Part shown: positions 19,914 to 29,139 of the stretch, piece by piece
Position numbering within the stretch: position 1 is the stretch's first letter
Layout: the number at the start of each line of letters is the position of its first letter
Assembly: GCA_963844945.1 (NCBI GenBank)
Contig: CAWJQZ010000059.1
Span: 377,440 to 441,439 of the forward strand
DNA from: an uncultured Chloroflexia bacterium
Lineage (GTDB): Bacteria > Chloroflexota > Limnocylindria > Limnocylindrales > CSP1-4
DNA length: 64,000 nt
Direction of reading: 5' to 3'
Notes under the pieces: model-generated
Databases searched by the model: none
Told to the model about the DNA's origin: nothing
What the model saw: the letters and a program-made list of their open reading frames with translations, nothing else
Made by a program: the position numbers and the translations under genes

Positions 19914-20630
19914 TCAACCGCCCGCGGGCCCCGTGTCGAGCGCGCGCGCCGGGTCGTAGACGGCTCCCGGGCAGGCGCCCCACAGCCCGAGCCGCGCCCG
20001 CCGCGCCGCGAGGGCCACGCGCTCGAGGCCGGCCGCGTACCGGCCGCGCTCTCCCCGGTAGAAGTACGGGGCCGCATCGCCGCGCGCGACCATGAGGACA
20101 TTCACGTTCGTCGAGCCGCGGAAGACGTAGCGGAGCGCGCGACCGTACCTGTCCGACCGGTCGAGCGCGGGATCCGCGTAGAGCGTCACGGCGGTGCCGG
20201 GCGGCAGGAGCCGTGCGATCGCGGCACTCGCCTCGCGTCCCCAGCACTCGACGCCTGAGTGGACCTCCGGCGCGTCGATCTGCAGGAGCCGGACGCGAAC
20301 GACCTTGCCGCCGACGCGAACGTCGATCGTGTCGCCGTCGACGATCGTCCGGACGAAGCCGGACTGCGCGGCGGCCGCGGGCGGCGGGCCGAGTCCCTCG
20401 CCGGGTCCCGGGCCGGCCGGCTCGCCGACGCTCGCCAGGCCCGTCATGCGCTCGCCCGGCAGCGCGAGGTCCGCGGCCCGCCCGCCCGCCCCGGCGACGC
20501 TCGCGAGGCCCATCACGTGCCCGCCCGGCAGCGCGAGAGCCGCCGCGAGCACCGCGGCGATGGCGATCGCGGCGAGAGTCGCGGACACGCCCGCGGCTCT
20601 GTGCCCGTGCCTGACCGATGACCGATCCAT
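19914..20630 (-). CDS. Secreted thermonuclease (SNase-like) family nuclease
   Basis: 238-aa ORF with an N-terminal TM/signal segment (ATLAAIAIAAVLAAALA). SNase core IVDGDTIDVRVGGKVVRVRLLQIDAPE...DRYGRALRYV...VNVLMVARGDA. Confidence 0.8.
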   Translation of the reverse strand: MDRSSVRHGHRAAGVSATLAAIAIAAVLAAALALPGGHVMGLASVAGAGGRAADLALPGERMTGLASVGEPAGPGPGEGLGPPPAAAAQSGFVRTIVDGDTIDVRVGGKVVRVRLLQIDAPEVHSGVECWGREASAAIARLLPPGTAVTLYADPALDRSDRYGRALRYVFRGSTNVNVLMVARGDAAPYFYRGERGRYAAGLERVALAARRARLGLWGACPGAVYDPARALDTGPAGG

Positions 20631-20926
20631 TCACGCCCCCCGCGAGTCCGCGCCGCGCCCACCCTTCGCGCGCACAGCCGGTCGTTCCCGCACCTCCAAC
20701 CCTACGCCGGACGGATTGGCGCGGGATCCCTCACCGGTCATCGCGGCATCACCGGCGGCACGGCCGGCGGCTCCGGCGGAGGGGTGTGCCGTCGCCGGCG
20801 GGAAAGGGCCGGGCGCCAACGCGGCCGGTCGTGGGGTGTGCCACCGGGGGGAAGCGCCCGGGCGCCCACGCGGCCGCCGGGAGCCGGCAAGGACCGCACC
20901 GGCCCGAGGTCGACCCGACCGGCCGC

Positions 20927-22042
20927 CTACAGCGTCCGCGTCACCTTCGCCAGACCGGGCGGGGCGTCGGGGTCCCGGCCCCGTGCACGCGCGACCGCCT
21001 CGACGAGCACGAGTCCCGGGACGACGAGCGCGAGCGGGGTCAGGGGCTCCGGCAGCGGCGTCTCGAGGGCGAGCGACCGATGCGCCCCTCGCACCTCGAG
21101 CCCGCCGATCGTCCAGGGCGCCGCCCCGGTCCGGCCGGCGACGGCGAGCGCGCCGTCGATCGACGCGCCGATCGGCCCGTCCGGCCGGGCGACCAGCGTC
21201 GGGACCAGGGGTCCCGCGAGGGCGATCGGCCCGTGGAGCAGGTCGGCGCTCGAGTAGCCGTCGGCGAAGATCCGCCCCGTCTCCTTGAACTTGAGCGCGA
21301 GCTCGAGCGCGGTCGGGAGGTTGTGCCCGCGCGAGACGACGAGCGCCTCGTCCGCCGCGGCGAACTCCGCCACGGCCGCGGCGCCGTCGCCGGCGATCCA
21401 CGCCTGGCCGCGTGCGACCGCCTCGTCGGCCGCCGCAGGCAGGTCATGCACCGCGGGGACCCACGGCGCGTCCGGGGCGAGCCGCGCGACGAGCGCGGCG
21501 AGGGCCGCGAGAGAGGCGACGTACGTCTTCGTCGCCGCGACCGCGAGCTCCGGGCCCGCGTGGAGGAGCAGCGTGCCGTCGGCGACGGTCGTCACCGGCG
21601 AGCCCGGCTCGTTCGTCAGGGCGACCGTGATCGCCCCGCCTCTCCGCGCCGCGTCGGTGACGCCGGCGACGTCGGGCCCGGCGCCCGACTGGGAGATCGC
21701 GAGCAGGAGGATGTCGCGCCAGTCGATGTGCGCCCGGTACAGGGTGGTGACGGACGATGCGACGAGGCCGACCGGGAGTCCCAGCGTCGTCTCGATGAGG
21801 TAGCGCGCGTAGATCCCGGCGTGGTCGGAGGTCCCGCGCGCGACGACGGTCGCGAAGCGCGGCCGGCGCTGCCGGATGAGGGCGGCGATCCGCTCCGTCT
21901 CGTCGGCGCCGTCCCGGAGGACCCGGCCGATGACCTCGGGGATCTCCGCGATCTCGGCGGCCATGTGCGTTCGGGCGCCGGCAGCGAACGTGCCGGCCGC
22001 GGTCACACCCGGCCGGGCCGGGCGATCGGTGATGTCCGTCAT
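20927..22042 (-). CDS. SIS-domain sugar isomerase/aminotransferase-like protein (GlmS C-terminal/AgaS-like)
   Basis: In-frame tail of ORF 20927..24391 from ATG 22042 (MTDITDRP). Two SIS motifs: VVARGTSDHAGIYARYL...LLLAISQSGAGPDV and VVSRGHNLPTALELALKFKETG. Confidence 0.8.
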   Translation of the reverse strand: MTDITDRPARPGVTAAGTFAAGARTHMAAEIAEIPEVIGRVLRDGADETERIAALIRQRRPRFATVVARGTSDHAGIYARYLIETTLGLPVGLVASSVTTLYRAHIDWRDILLLAISQSGAGPDVAGVTDAARRGGAITVALTNEPGSPVTTVADGTLLLHAGPELAVAATKTYVASLAALAALVARLAPDAPWVPAVHDLPAAADEAVARGQAWIAGDGAAAVAEFAAADEALVVSRGHNLPTALELALKFKETGRIFADGYSSADLLHGPIALAGPLVPTLVARPDGPIGASIDGALAVAGRTGAAPWTIGGLEVRGAHRSLALETPLPEPLTPLALVVPGLVLVEAVARARGRDPDAPPGLAKVTRTL

Positions 22043-23547
22043 GGGGCCATCATCCGCCTCAGCGCGCGGTCCTGCCGTGCGGCCGCCGCCTCCGGGTCGG
22101 CGCCTCCGGCGATCGCGAGGACCAGGTCGACCACCGCGAGGGCGCCGTCGTCCCATCCCCCGTGCAGGACCGCCGTCGGGCGCGAGGTCCCGATCGCCTC
22201 GCGCATCGCCGCGACGAACCCCGGGTCGAATGCGGACGTGACCGCCGGGTCCACGTAGGCCGAGAGCCGCGGCGCGCCGGCCGTCGCCGCCCCTGTGCGG
22301 GCCGTCATCGACGGGCTCGTGGCCCATGCCACGAAGCACCACGCGGCCTCCTTCGCATCCGCCCGGGCGGGCAGGGCGAGGCCCTGCGCCGTGTGGCCCG
22401 AGAACGACGGGGCGCCGGCCGTCGACGGCGGCAGGACGGCGTAGCCGGTCCTCCCGGCGACCTTCGACGTCGCCGAGTCCTCGAACGAGGGCCCCACCGC
22501 GCTCGACTCGACGAGCAAGCCGGCGCGTCCTTGCGAGAAGAGCGTCCGCGCGTCCGGCCGATCGATCGCGGCGGCGTTCGGGGGCCCTGCATCGAGCAGG
22601 CCCGCGTAGTCGGTGAGCCCGGCGAGGATCCGCGGGTCGGAGAGCCGCGGCCGCGCCCACGCGCCGTCGAACCACAGCCCGTAGGGCAGCGGCGCGGGCT
22701 CCGCGCCCCACGCGTCGAAGGTCACGCTCGAGATGGGATCGATCGTCGTCGCGGAGCGGACGCCCCGCACGACGGCGCCGTAGATGCGGTCGCCCGCGCC
22801 CGCGGCGGAGATCGTCCGAGCGCCGGCGAGCAGCTCCGCCATCGTCGCGGGGACGCGGCCTCCCAGGTGCCTGTCCACGAGGTCGCGGTCGTAGTACAGG
22901 AGGGAGGTCTCGACGACGGTCGGGATCGCGTACGGGGCGGCATCGGCCGCGCCGGGGGGCGCCTCGCCGGCGGCGAGGATGCCGGCCGGGAAGTCTGCAA
23001 GATCCCAGGACGCGTCCGTCAGCCGCGGGTCGGCGAGGTACGGCCCCAGGGGCACGAGGTCGCCGTCCGCCGCCCAGGCAGCGGCCGCCGCGTCGAGCGG
23101 GAGCTCCACGACGTCGACGCCGCCGGCGCCGCCGCCCGCGAGCGCCTCCGCGTAGCGGTCGCGCGCGACGGTCCGTACCTCCACGGAGATCCCCGAGACC
23201 GCTTCGAGCCCGCTCTTCGCGGCGGCCATCGCGTCCGCCCACGGGCCGGCCGCGGCGAGGACGGTGACCCGCGAGCCGCGCAGGTCCGTCGCGCACGCCG
23301 GCGCGACCGTGCCCGGCGGCGGGGTGGCGCCGGCCGACGGGGCAGTGGAGGTCGTCCCCTGGGTCGCGGCCGGCGAGGTGGCGGCCGCCTGGGATTTTGA
23401 TGCGGTCGCCGACGTCGATGGAGCGGGCGATCCGGTCGGGCCCCCGCAGCCGCCCACGACGAGGGCTGCCGCGACGGCCACGAGGACGAGCCGCCGCCTC
23501 GCGGTCGTGACCGTGCGCGGCGTGCGGAGGGGCCCGGCTGGTCGCAT
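22039..23547 (-). CDS. ABC transporter extracellular solute-binding lipoprotein (sugar-type, family 1)
   Basis: 502-aa ORF. Signal peptide plus lipobox LVVGGCGG and a low-complexity linker, with length and composition typical of a family-1 solute-binding protein. The stop overlaps the SIS gene start. Confidence 0.7.
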   Translation of the reverse strand: MRPAGPLRTPRTVTTARRRLVLVAVAAALVVGGCGGPTGSPAPSTSATASKSQAAATSPAATQGTTSTAPSAGATPPPGTVAPACATDLRGSRVTVLAAAGPWADAMAAAKSGLEAVSGISVEVRTVARDRYAEALAGGGAGGVDVVELPLDAAAAAWAADGDLVPLGPYLADPRLTDASWDLADFPAGILAAGEAPPGAADAAPYAIPTVVETSLLYYDRDLVDRHLGGRVPATMAELLAGARTISAAGAGDRIYGAVVRGVRSATTIDPISSVTFDAWGAEPAPLPYGLWFDGAWARPRLSDPRILAGLTDYAGLLDAGPPNAAAIDRPDARTLFSQGRAGLLVESSAVGPSFEDSATSKVAGRTGYAVLPPSTAGAPSFSGHTAQGLALPARADAKEAAWCFVAWATSPSMTARTGAATAGAPRLSAYVDPAVTSAFDPGFVAAMREAIGTSRPTAVLHGGWDDGALAVVDLVLAIAGGADPEAAAARQDRALRRMMAP

Positions 23548-23574
23548 GACGTGGATGGTGGGCCGCCCGGCCGG

Positions 23575-25083
23575 TCAGGCGGTCTCCGCCTCCGTCCGCC
23601 GGCGGTACCGCCGGCCGATCAGCGCGAACGCCGGGAGGCGGGCGAGCGCCTCGCTCACCGGACGCGTCTCGTGCCCGTCCCGGCCCGCGACCGACAGGAG
23701 CGCGTCGGTCTCCGTCGCGTCCGCCGGCCGCGCGTCCACGATCGCGAGGTCGATCTCGACCGCGCCGGGGACCGGCTCCCCCAGCGACGCGACCAGGTCG
23801 GACGGGTACGCGTCGGGCTCGTACTCCGCACGCACCTCCATCTCCGTCCGCCACGTGGGCCGTCGCAGGAGGACGTTCCGCCAGAGCGCGCCCACCCGGG
23901 GTGTCACCGTCCCGTCGCCGGGCCGCGGGTCGGCGGAGAGCATCTCGCCCCGCGACCACAGCGCGGCCTGGTGGAGGAGCGCGTACTCGTCGAGGTCGGC
24001 ATACGCCGAGAGCGACTCGGCGGGCGAGCCCTCGCCCACGAGGGCGCGGACGGACGGCCCGAAGACCTCCCGCAGGTCCAGGTCGATCGCCCGGACGGCG
24101 CGGTGGAAGTACACCTGCTGGTACATGAAGAGGCGGGCGGTGAGGAACATCTCGAGCGCGCCGAGCCCCGGCTCGTAGAGGGTGAGCCCGGACGGGCCGA
24201 TGAACGCGTACCGCCGCAGCCGCTCCACGTCCACCGGCCCCGCCGAGACGCCGGTGAGGTACGCGTCGCGTCGCACGTAGTCGAGGTTGTCCACCGTGAA
24301 GACGCCCGACAGGAGCGGCTGGAGCCGCCGCACCCAGTGCGGCATCGCCGGGTCCACGAGGCGGGGCTTCGAGACGAGGAAGCTGATCCACCGCGGGTCG
24401 ATCGACTCGTGGGGGTGGAGGGCCGAGCGCGCGGGGTCCTCCCCGGGCGCACGGCGTAGGCCGCGGATCACATCATCGAGCTGGCGCTCGATGATGAGCT
24501 GGCTCAGGTCCTCGTGGCTGAGCCGCTTGCCGGCCGGCCGGCGCGGGTCCGTGGGCGCGGGGAAGTCGGCGAGTACGTGCTCGTCGAAGAAGTGCGCGAA
24601 CGGCCCGTGCCCCACGTCGTGGAGGAGGCCGGCGATCCGCAGGGTCTCCACGACGAGCCCCTCGGACGGGACCGGTCCGCCGGGGACGGCGCGCTCCACG
24701 TCCGCGCGGAGGCTCGGGTAGAGCCGCGTCGCCCAGAGCCCCGCCTCGTGCATCACGCCGAGGCCGTGGGTGAAGCGGCTGTGCTCGGCTGTGGGGAAGA
24801 CCCATCGCGACGTCTGGAGCTGGCTGATCCGGCGGAGCCGCTGGACCCACGGCGTGTCGAGGACGTCCTCCTCGGCGGCCTCCTCCGCGTCGAAGCCGAG
24901 GGCGCGCGCCCTCGCGGGCGAGAGGCGCTTCGTCAGCTCGATGTAGCCGTGGATGGGGTCCGACAGGAGGTTCACCGCCGCGAACGGCGCGGTAGGGCCG
25001 GCGTCCGGGTCCGCGGGCGGCCGTCCGCGCTCGGACGGGCCCGCGTCGCTCACGGGGCGGAGGTCGTCGCTGTCTGAGCCCAT
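23575..25083 (-). CDS. HD-domain phosphohydrolase, dNTP triphosphohydrolase (SAMHD1/Dgt)-like
   Basis: 502-aa ORF with HSRFTHGLGVMHEAG and LLHDVGHGPFAHFFDE (HD metal site), plus the downstream YVRRDAYLTG motif typical of dNTPase-like HD proteins. Confidence 0.8.
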   Translation of the reverse strand: MGSDSDDLRPVSDAGPSERGRPPADPDAGPTAPFAAVNLLSDPIHGYIELTKRLSPARARALGFDAEEAAEEDVLDTPWVQRLRRISQLQTSRWVFPTAEHSRFTHGLGVMHEAGLWATRLYPSLRADVERAVPGGPVPSEGLVVETLRIAGLLHDVGHGPFAHFFDEHVLADFPAPTDPRRPAGKRLSHEDLSQLIIERQLDDVIRGLRRAPGEDPARSALHPHESIDPRWISFLVSKPRLVDPAMPHWVRRLQPLLSGVFTVDNLDYVRRDAYLTGVSAGPVDVERLRRYAFIGPSGLTLYEPGLGALEMFLTARLFMYQQVYFHRAVRAIDLDLREVFGPSVRALVGEGSPAESLSAYADLDEYALLHQAALWSRGEMLSADPRPGDGTVTPRVGALWRNVLLRRPTWRTEMEVRAEYEPDAYPSDLVASLGEPVPGAVEIDLAIVDARPADATETDALLSVAGRDGHETRPVSEALARLPAFALIGRRYRRRTEAETA

Positions 25084-25898
25084 GCGGACAGGTTACCCGC
25101 GCGGTCACGCACGCGGACGCGGACGTCGACCGCCGTCCCCGCGGCGAGCCGCGGCAGCCGTGCGGACCCGCGCGCGTTCGCGCGCTGGAGGACGTGCCAC
25201 GGACCGCCGGCCACCCGGTACTGCACGGCCGCGTCGCGGACTCCGGCCGTGTGGCTCTGGAGGAGAGGATCGTCGGCCGTCCAGGCGACCACGAGCGCGG
25301 TCCCCTCGCGGGCCACGGAGACGTCGGCAACCACCGGCGGCGTCCGGTCGGCGGTCTCGGCCGTCACGAGGACCACGAAGGTCCGGCCCCCGAGGATCGT
25401 CACGCCGACGCCCGCGTAGCTCGAGAGGTCGGAGACGACGATCGCGTGGTGCGACGGGCTCGCCGCCCACATCGCGCGGATGGACGCGAGGGCGTCGGCC
25501 CCGGCGCGGCTCGACCAGCCGAGGTCCTCGCCGACGGCGTACGGAGCGATCCCCGCGGCCTCGACCGCGTCGAGGATGGGCAGGCCCGCCTGCGCGTGGC
25601 TGAAGACGCCCGACGCGGAGAGGCGCTCCACCCGGTCCTGCGCCAGGCGCTCGAGCGAAGGGTCGCGCACGAAGCGCACGAGACCGGCCGCCGCGCGGTC
25701 GGCGTTCACCCCGGCGAAGAGCTGGTCGCGCTCGGTGACGTAGGGGCGATCCGGGATCGGCGCGGTCGGCGCGATGGCCGGCACCGGGGTGGGGGAGGCG
25801 GCGGAGGACGCGGCACCCGCGGGCCCCACGGACGCCGCGACGCAGGCGGCCGCGCCGAGGGCGGCGACGGCCGCGCGGAAAGTGGTGCCAGAACGCAT
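25050..25898 (-). CDS. Secreted CAP/SCP (YkwD-like) domain protein with C-terminal Ig/Fn3-like region
   Basis: Signal peptide MRSGTTFRAAVAALGAAACVAASVGPAGA. CAP pattern VNADRAAAGL...FSHAQAG...GEDLGW...MWAASPSHHAIVV. Confidence 0.75.
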   Translation of the reverse strand: MRSGTTFRAAVAALGAAACVAASVGPAGAASSAASPTPVPAIAPTAPIPDRPYVTERDQLFAGVNADRAAAGLVRFVRDPSLERLAQDRVERLSASGVFSHAQAGLPILDAVEAAGIAPYAVGEDLGWSSRAGADALASIRAMWAASPSHHAIVVSDLSSYAGVGVTILGGRTFVVLVTAETADRTPPVVADVSVAREGTALVVAWTADDPLLQSHTAGVRDAAVQYRVAGGPWHVLQRANARGSARLPRLAAGTAVDVRVRVRDRAGNLSAWAQTATTSAP

Positions 25899-25934
25899 CG
25901 CCAGATTGTACGGGAGATCGCTCCCCCCGCGGTG

Positions 25935-26942
25935 TCAGCGCCCGGTCGCGTACCGTGCGGCCGCGTCCCGGAAGGTCCGCGCGACGTCCTCGCGCAGCGC
26001 CGGCGGCGAGAGGACCTCCGCGTCGGCGCCCCACTCCAGGATCCACAGCCGCACCTCGAGCATCCCCGAGACGGTCGCGGTCCAGACGATCGAGCCGTCG
26101 GACGACCGCTCGATCCGCTGGGTCGAGTGCCAGACGGTCTCGGCGACGCGGACGGCGACGGCGCGATCGAACCGGACGCTGACCTCCACCTCGCCCTGGT
26201 CGGCGATGATCCACCACGCCTGCTCGAGCGACTCCTCGGTCGCGCCGTCGGTCGGCGGCTCGAACTGCTCGACCGTCAGGCGCACGTCGCGGATCCGGTC
26301 GACCTTGAAGGTGCGGCGCGCCTCGCGTTCCTCGTCCCACCCGATGAGGTAGAGAGCGTGCGCGTGGGCCGACGGCTCGATGAGCCACGGATGGACCCGC
26401 ACGGTCCGCGGCAGGCGCGCCGGGTCGTAGACGCCGGCGTCATACGTGACCTCCACGATGCGGCGCGACGCCCAGGCCTCCACGAGGATGCGGAAGCGCT
26501 TCGTGAACCCCGGGTCCGTGCGGCGACGCATGTAGATCGCCACGGTCCGCTCGACGTGGTCTCGGAGCGCGTCCGGCAGGATGTCGGCGAGCTTGAGGAA
26601 GGCGCCCGCGAGGTCAGGGTCGTACGTGTCCATCGACGCCGCCATCAGGCGCGCCGAGAGGAAGACCGCCATCGCCTCGTGGAGCGTGAGCGACAGGTTC
26701 GGGAGGAAGGCGCGGTCCTCGAGCCCCCACTTCCCGTCGTAGCTCCACACGGGGACGCCGACCTCGTCCTGGAGCGCCCGGAGGTCGCGGTACGCCGTCC
26801 GCTTCGACATGCCGATCGCCCTGGCGACCTGCTCGGCGGTCAGCCCGTCGCGGTGCGCCGAGAGGACGCGCACCACCTTCCAGAGTCGCGCGAACCGGTC
26901 GCGCTTGATGCCGGCGAGATCGCCGCCGTCCCCCGCCCCCAT
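25935..26942 (-). CDS. HTH + WYL domain transcriptional regulator
   Basis: 335-aa ORF. N-terminal wHTH LTAEQVARAIGMSKRTAYRDLRALQDEVGVPV. Central WYL-like EVTYDAGVYDP...VRVHPWLIEPSAHAHALYLIGW, and a C-terminal WCX-like region. Confidence 0.8.
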   Translation of the reverse strand: MGAGDGGDLAGIKRDRFARLWKVVRVLSAHRDGLTAEQVARAIGMSKRTAYRDLRALQDEVGVPVWSYDGKWGLEDRAFLPNLSLTLHEAMAVFLSARLMAASMDTYDPDLAGAFLKLADILPDALRDHVERTVAIYMRRRTDPGFTKRFRILVEAWASRRIVEVTYDAGVYDPARLPRTVRVHPWLIEPSAHAHALYLIGWDEEREARRTFKVDRIRDVRLTVEQFEPPTDGATEESLEQAWWIIADQGEVEVSVRFDRAVAVRVAETVWHSTQRIERSSDGSIVWTATVSGMLEVRLWILEWGADAEVLSPPALREDVARTFRDAAARYATGR

Positions 26943-26994
26943 GCGCCGTCCTCCGTCGCATCGGCCCCCGCGCGGCCGGGCCCCGCGGCCGGCG

Positions 26995-28176
26995 TCAGGT
27001 CGGTGGGGACAGTGTGACGGGGATGTCGCGGTTCGTGGCGGTCATCCGGACGCGCACGGTCCCGAGGAACGCCCCCCGGCGCATCGGCCCGGCCGTTCCG
27101 TTCGCGAAGGCCTCGATGAGCCCGACCTGCCCGTCCGTGAAGACCCAGTAGTCGACCGCGCCGCGCCACCGCTCCACCGGCGTCCCATCGGGCACCAGCC
27201 ACCGCGCCTGCGGGAATGCCGCCAGGAGGGTCGTCCCGTCGACCGCGACTCGGCAGTGGCGGGCTCGCGCGCCTTCGACGAACTCGAGCCCCACGTCCTC
27301 GGCGACCGTGCGGATCTCCGGCGGGAGCGCGACCGTCACGGCGTTCACGTCCACCGTCGCGGCGTCCAGCGTGGCGGGGGGCACGTCCGTCCAGGGCTCG
27401 CGCGGCCCGCGCGCCCATCCGCTCTCTCCGATGCGTGCTGCGCCGTACGTGCCCACGTCGCGGTCCCCGGCGACGCTCGCCGTCCACCGGAGGTCGGTGC
27501 CCGTGCGCGCCCCGGCCAGGTCCACGGCCCCGGTCGGACGGCCGTCCGCGTCCGCGTCGACGCGCAGCGTCAGGCGCGCGTCCGGCCCGGCCGTGATCGC
27601 GCCGTCGCACGCCGGCGGGTCTCCCTGCCCGGTCGGCCCGAACCGCGACCCGGCGACGGGGCGGCCCACGAGGGCCATCTCGTTGCCGACGGCCGCGGCG
27701 CCGAACGCGACGCCGGAGGCCGCGACGAGCGCGGCTGCTGCACCGGCCGCGACCATCGCGCGGCGCAGCCGCGACGCCTCGGGGCCCTGGGTGCGTCGCG
27801 CGATCCCGATCCCCGCGAGGCCCGCCGTGGCGCCCAGGGCCACGATCCAGGGGTAGATCGCGACCGCGGACGGCAGGAGCGTCTGCGTGCCGCCCTCCAT
27901 GAGGCGGCTCGCGATGTCGGTGAGCGACGGGATCAGCACGAGGATCGCCGCGAGGCCGAGCCAGACGACCGCGGCGAACGCGCTCGGCCCACGGACCGCC
28001 GGCGGCCAGGCGACGGCGACGAGCGCGACGAGGAGAGGGGTCGCCGCGGCCAGCCCGACGACGAGGTCGAGCGGCCCCCCGGGGCGGTAGCCGGTGAGGA
28101 CGAGCACGGCGGCGACGGCCCAGAGGGCCGCGATGGCCGCGCCGAGCAGTCGCAGCTGGAGGGTCCGGACGCGCAC
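26995..28176 (-). CDS. Hypothetical integral membrane protein with C-terminal extracytoplasmic domain
   Basis: 393-aa ORF with 5-6 hydrophobic helices in the first ~150 aa and then a soluble domain. No motif recognised. Confidence 0.6.
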   Translation of the reverse strand: MRVRTLQLRLLGAAIAALWAVAAVLVLTGYRPGGPLDLVVGLAAATPLLVALVAVAWPPAVRGPSAFAAVVWLGLAAILVLIPSLTDIASRLMEGGTQTLLPSAVAIYPWIVALGATAGLAGIGIARRTQGPEASRLRRAMVAAGAAAALVAASGVAFGAAAVGNEMALVGRPVAGSRFGPTGQGDPPACDGAITAGPDARLTLRVDADADGRPTGAVDLAGARTGTDLRWTASVAGDRDVGTYGAARIGESGWARGPREPWTDVPPATLDAATVDVNAVTVALPPEIRTVAEDVGLEFVEGARARHCRVAVDGTTLLAAFPQARWLVPDGTPVERWRGAVDYWVFTDGQVGLIEAFANGTAGPMRRGAFLGTVRVRMTATNRDIPVTLSPPT

Positions 28177-28347
28177 GGCGCGAGTCTACCGCCGGGCGGT
28201 GCGACGCCCATCGGCGCGCGCCCGTCCGATCGCCGGGGACCGGGCACGCCGTGGCCGATCGGCCGGGGTGGTCGCGGCCGGCCCGAACGCCGGCTCATGG
28301 GCGCCGGCGGGGTGGTCGCGGCGGACGCCGGGTGGTACGGTCGGTCG

Positions 28348-28857
28348 ATGACCAGACCGATGCTCGACGACGCCCTCGCTCATCACGTGTGGGCGACCAT
28401 CCGCACCATCGACGCCTGCCTGGCGCTCCCGCCCGACCAGCTGGACACGGCCGTCCCGGGGACGTACGGCTCGATCCTGGACACGCTCCGCCATCTCGTG
28501 GCGGCCGACGACTCGTACCTCTTCGTCCTCTCCGGCGGCCGCACCGTGCAGGCGGACGCGGAGGCGATGGACCTCGCGGGACTGCGGGCGCTGATGGTCG
28601 AGCACGGCCCCGCCTGGGCCGGAGTCCTCCGCCGCGACCTGGACCCCGACGAGATGCTCCTCAGGATCCGCGACGACGGCTCCCGGAGCCGCGCACCCGT
28701 CGGGGTCCGGCTCGCCCAGGTCGTCCACCACGGGACGGATCACCGGAGCCAGATCTGCACCGCCCTCACGGCGGTCGGCGTGGAGCCGCCGGCGATCGAC
28801 GTCTGGGACTTCGCGGACGAGGACGGCCGCCTCGAGGAGATCCCCGCGCCTTCCTGA
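28348..28857 (+). CDS. DinB-family (DinB_2) metal-binding protein
   Basis: In-frame tail of ORF 26809..28857 from ATG 28348. His triad context HHVWATIRTI...LRHLVAADDSY...VVHHGTDHRSQI. Confidence 0.75.
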   Translation: MTRPMLDDALAHHVWATIRTIDACLALPPDQLDTAVPGTYGSILDTLRHLVAADDSYLFVLSGGRTVQADAEAMDLAGLRALMVEHGPAWAGVLRRDLDPDEMLLRIRDDGSRSRAPVGVRLAQVVHHGTDHRSQICTALTAVGVEPPAIDVWDFADEDGRLEEIPAPS

Positions 28858-29139
28858 TGCCCGAGGGTCGGAGGATCCCGGCGAGGTTCCGACCAAGGTT
28901 CGCGGCCCGCGTCACAACCGCCGCGCGTCGCCCGTCTGGAATAGTGTCGGTGGACGACGCCGACGTGAACCGCATAGATCCACGACTACGGGCTCGGTTC
29001 TTCCTCCTCCCCGTCCCCGCAGTCGACTGCCGAAACGGCGCCCGTACTCCTCCGGGCGTCGTTTCGGCGTCCAGGGGGTCGCAAGGGGTGCGGGTCGATC
29101 ACCCCGCAGGTCGCCCGCCGCGCCGCATACCATGCGCGC

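Noticed and set aside
20927-24391. 1154-aa ORF that appears to join the SIS gene with upstream sequence
   Set aside because: Only the last 371 codons (from ATG 22042) are protein-like. The upstream part is the wrong frame of the solute-binding-protein and HD genes on the same strand.
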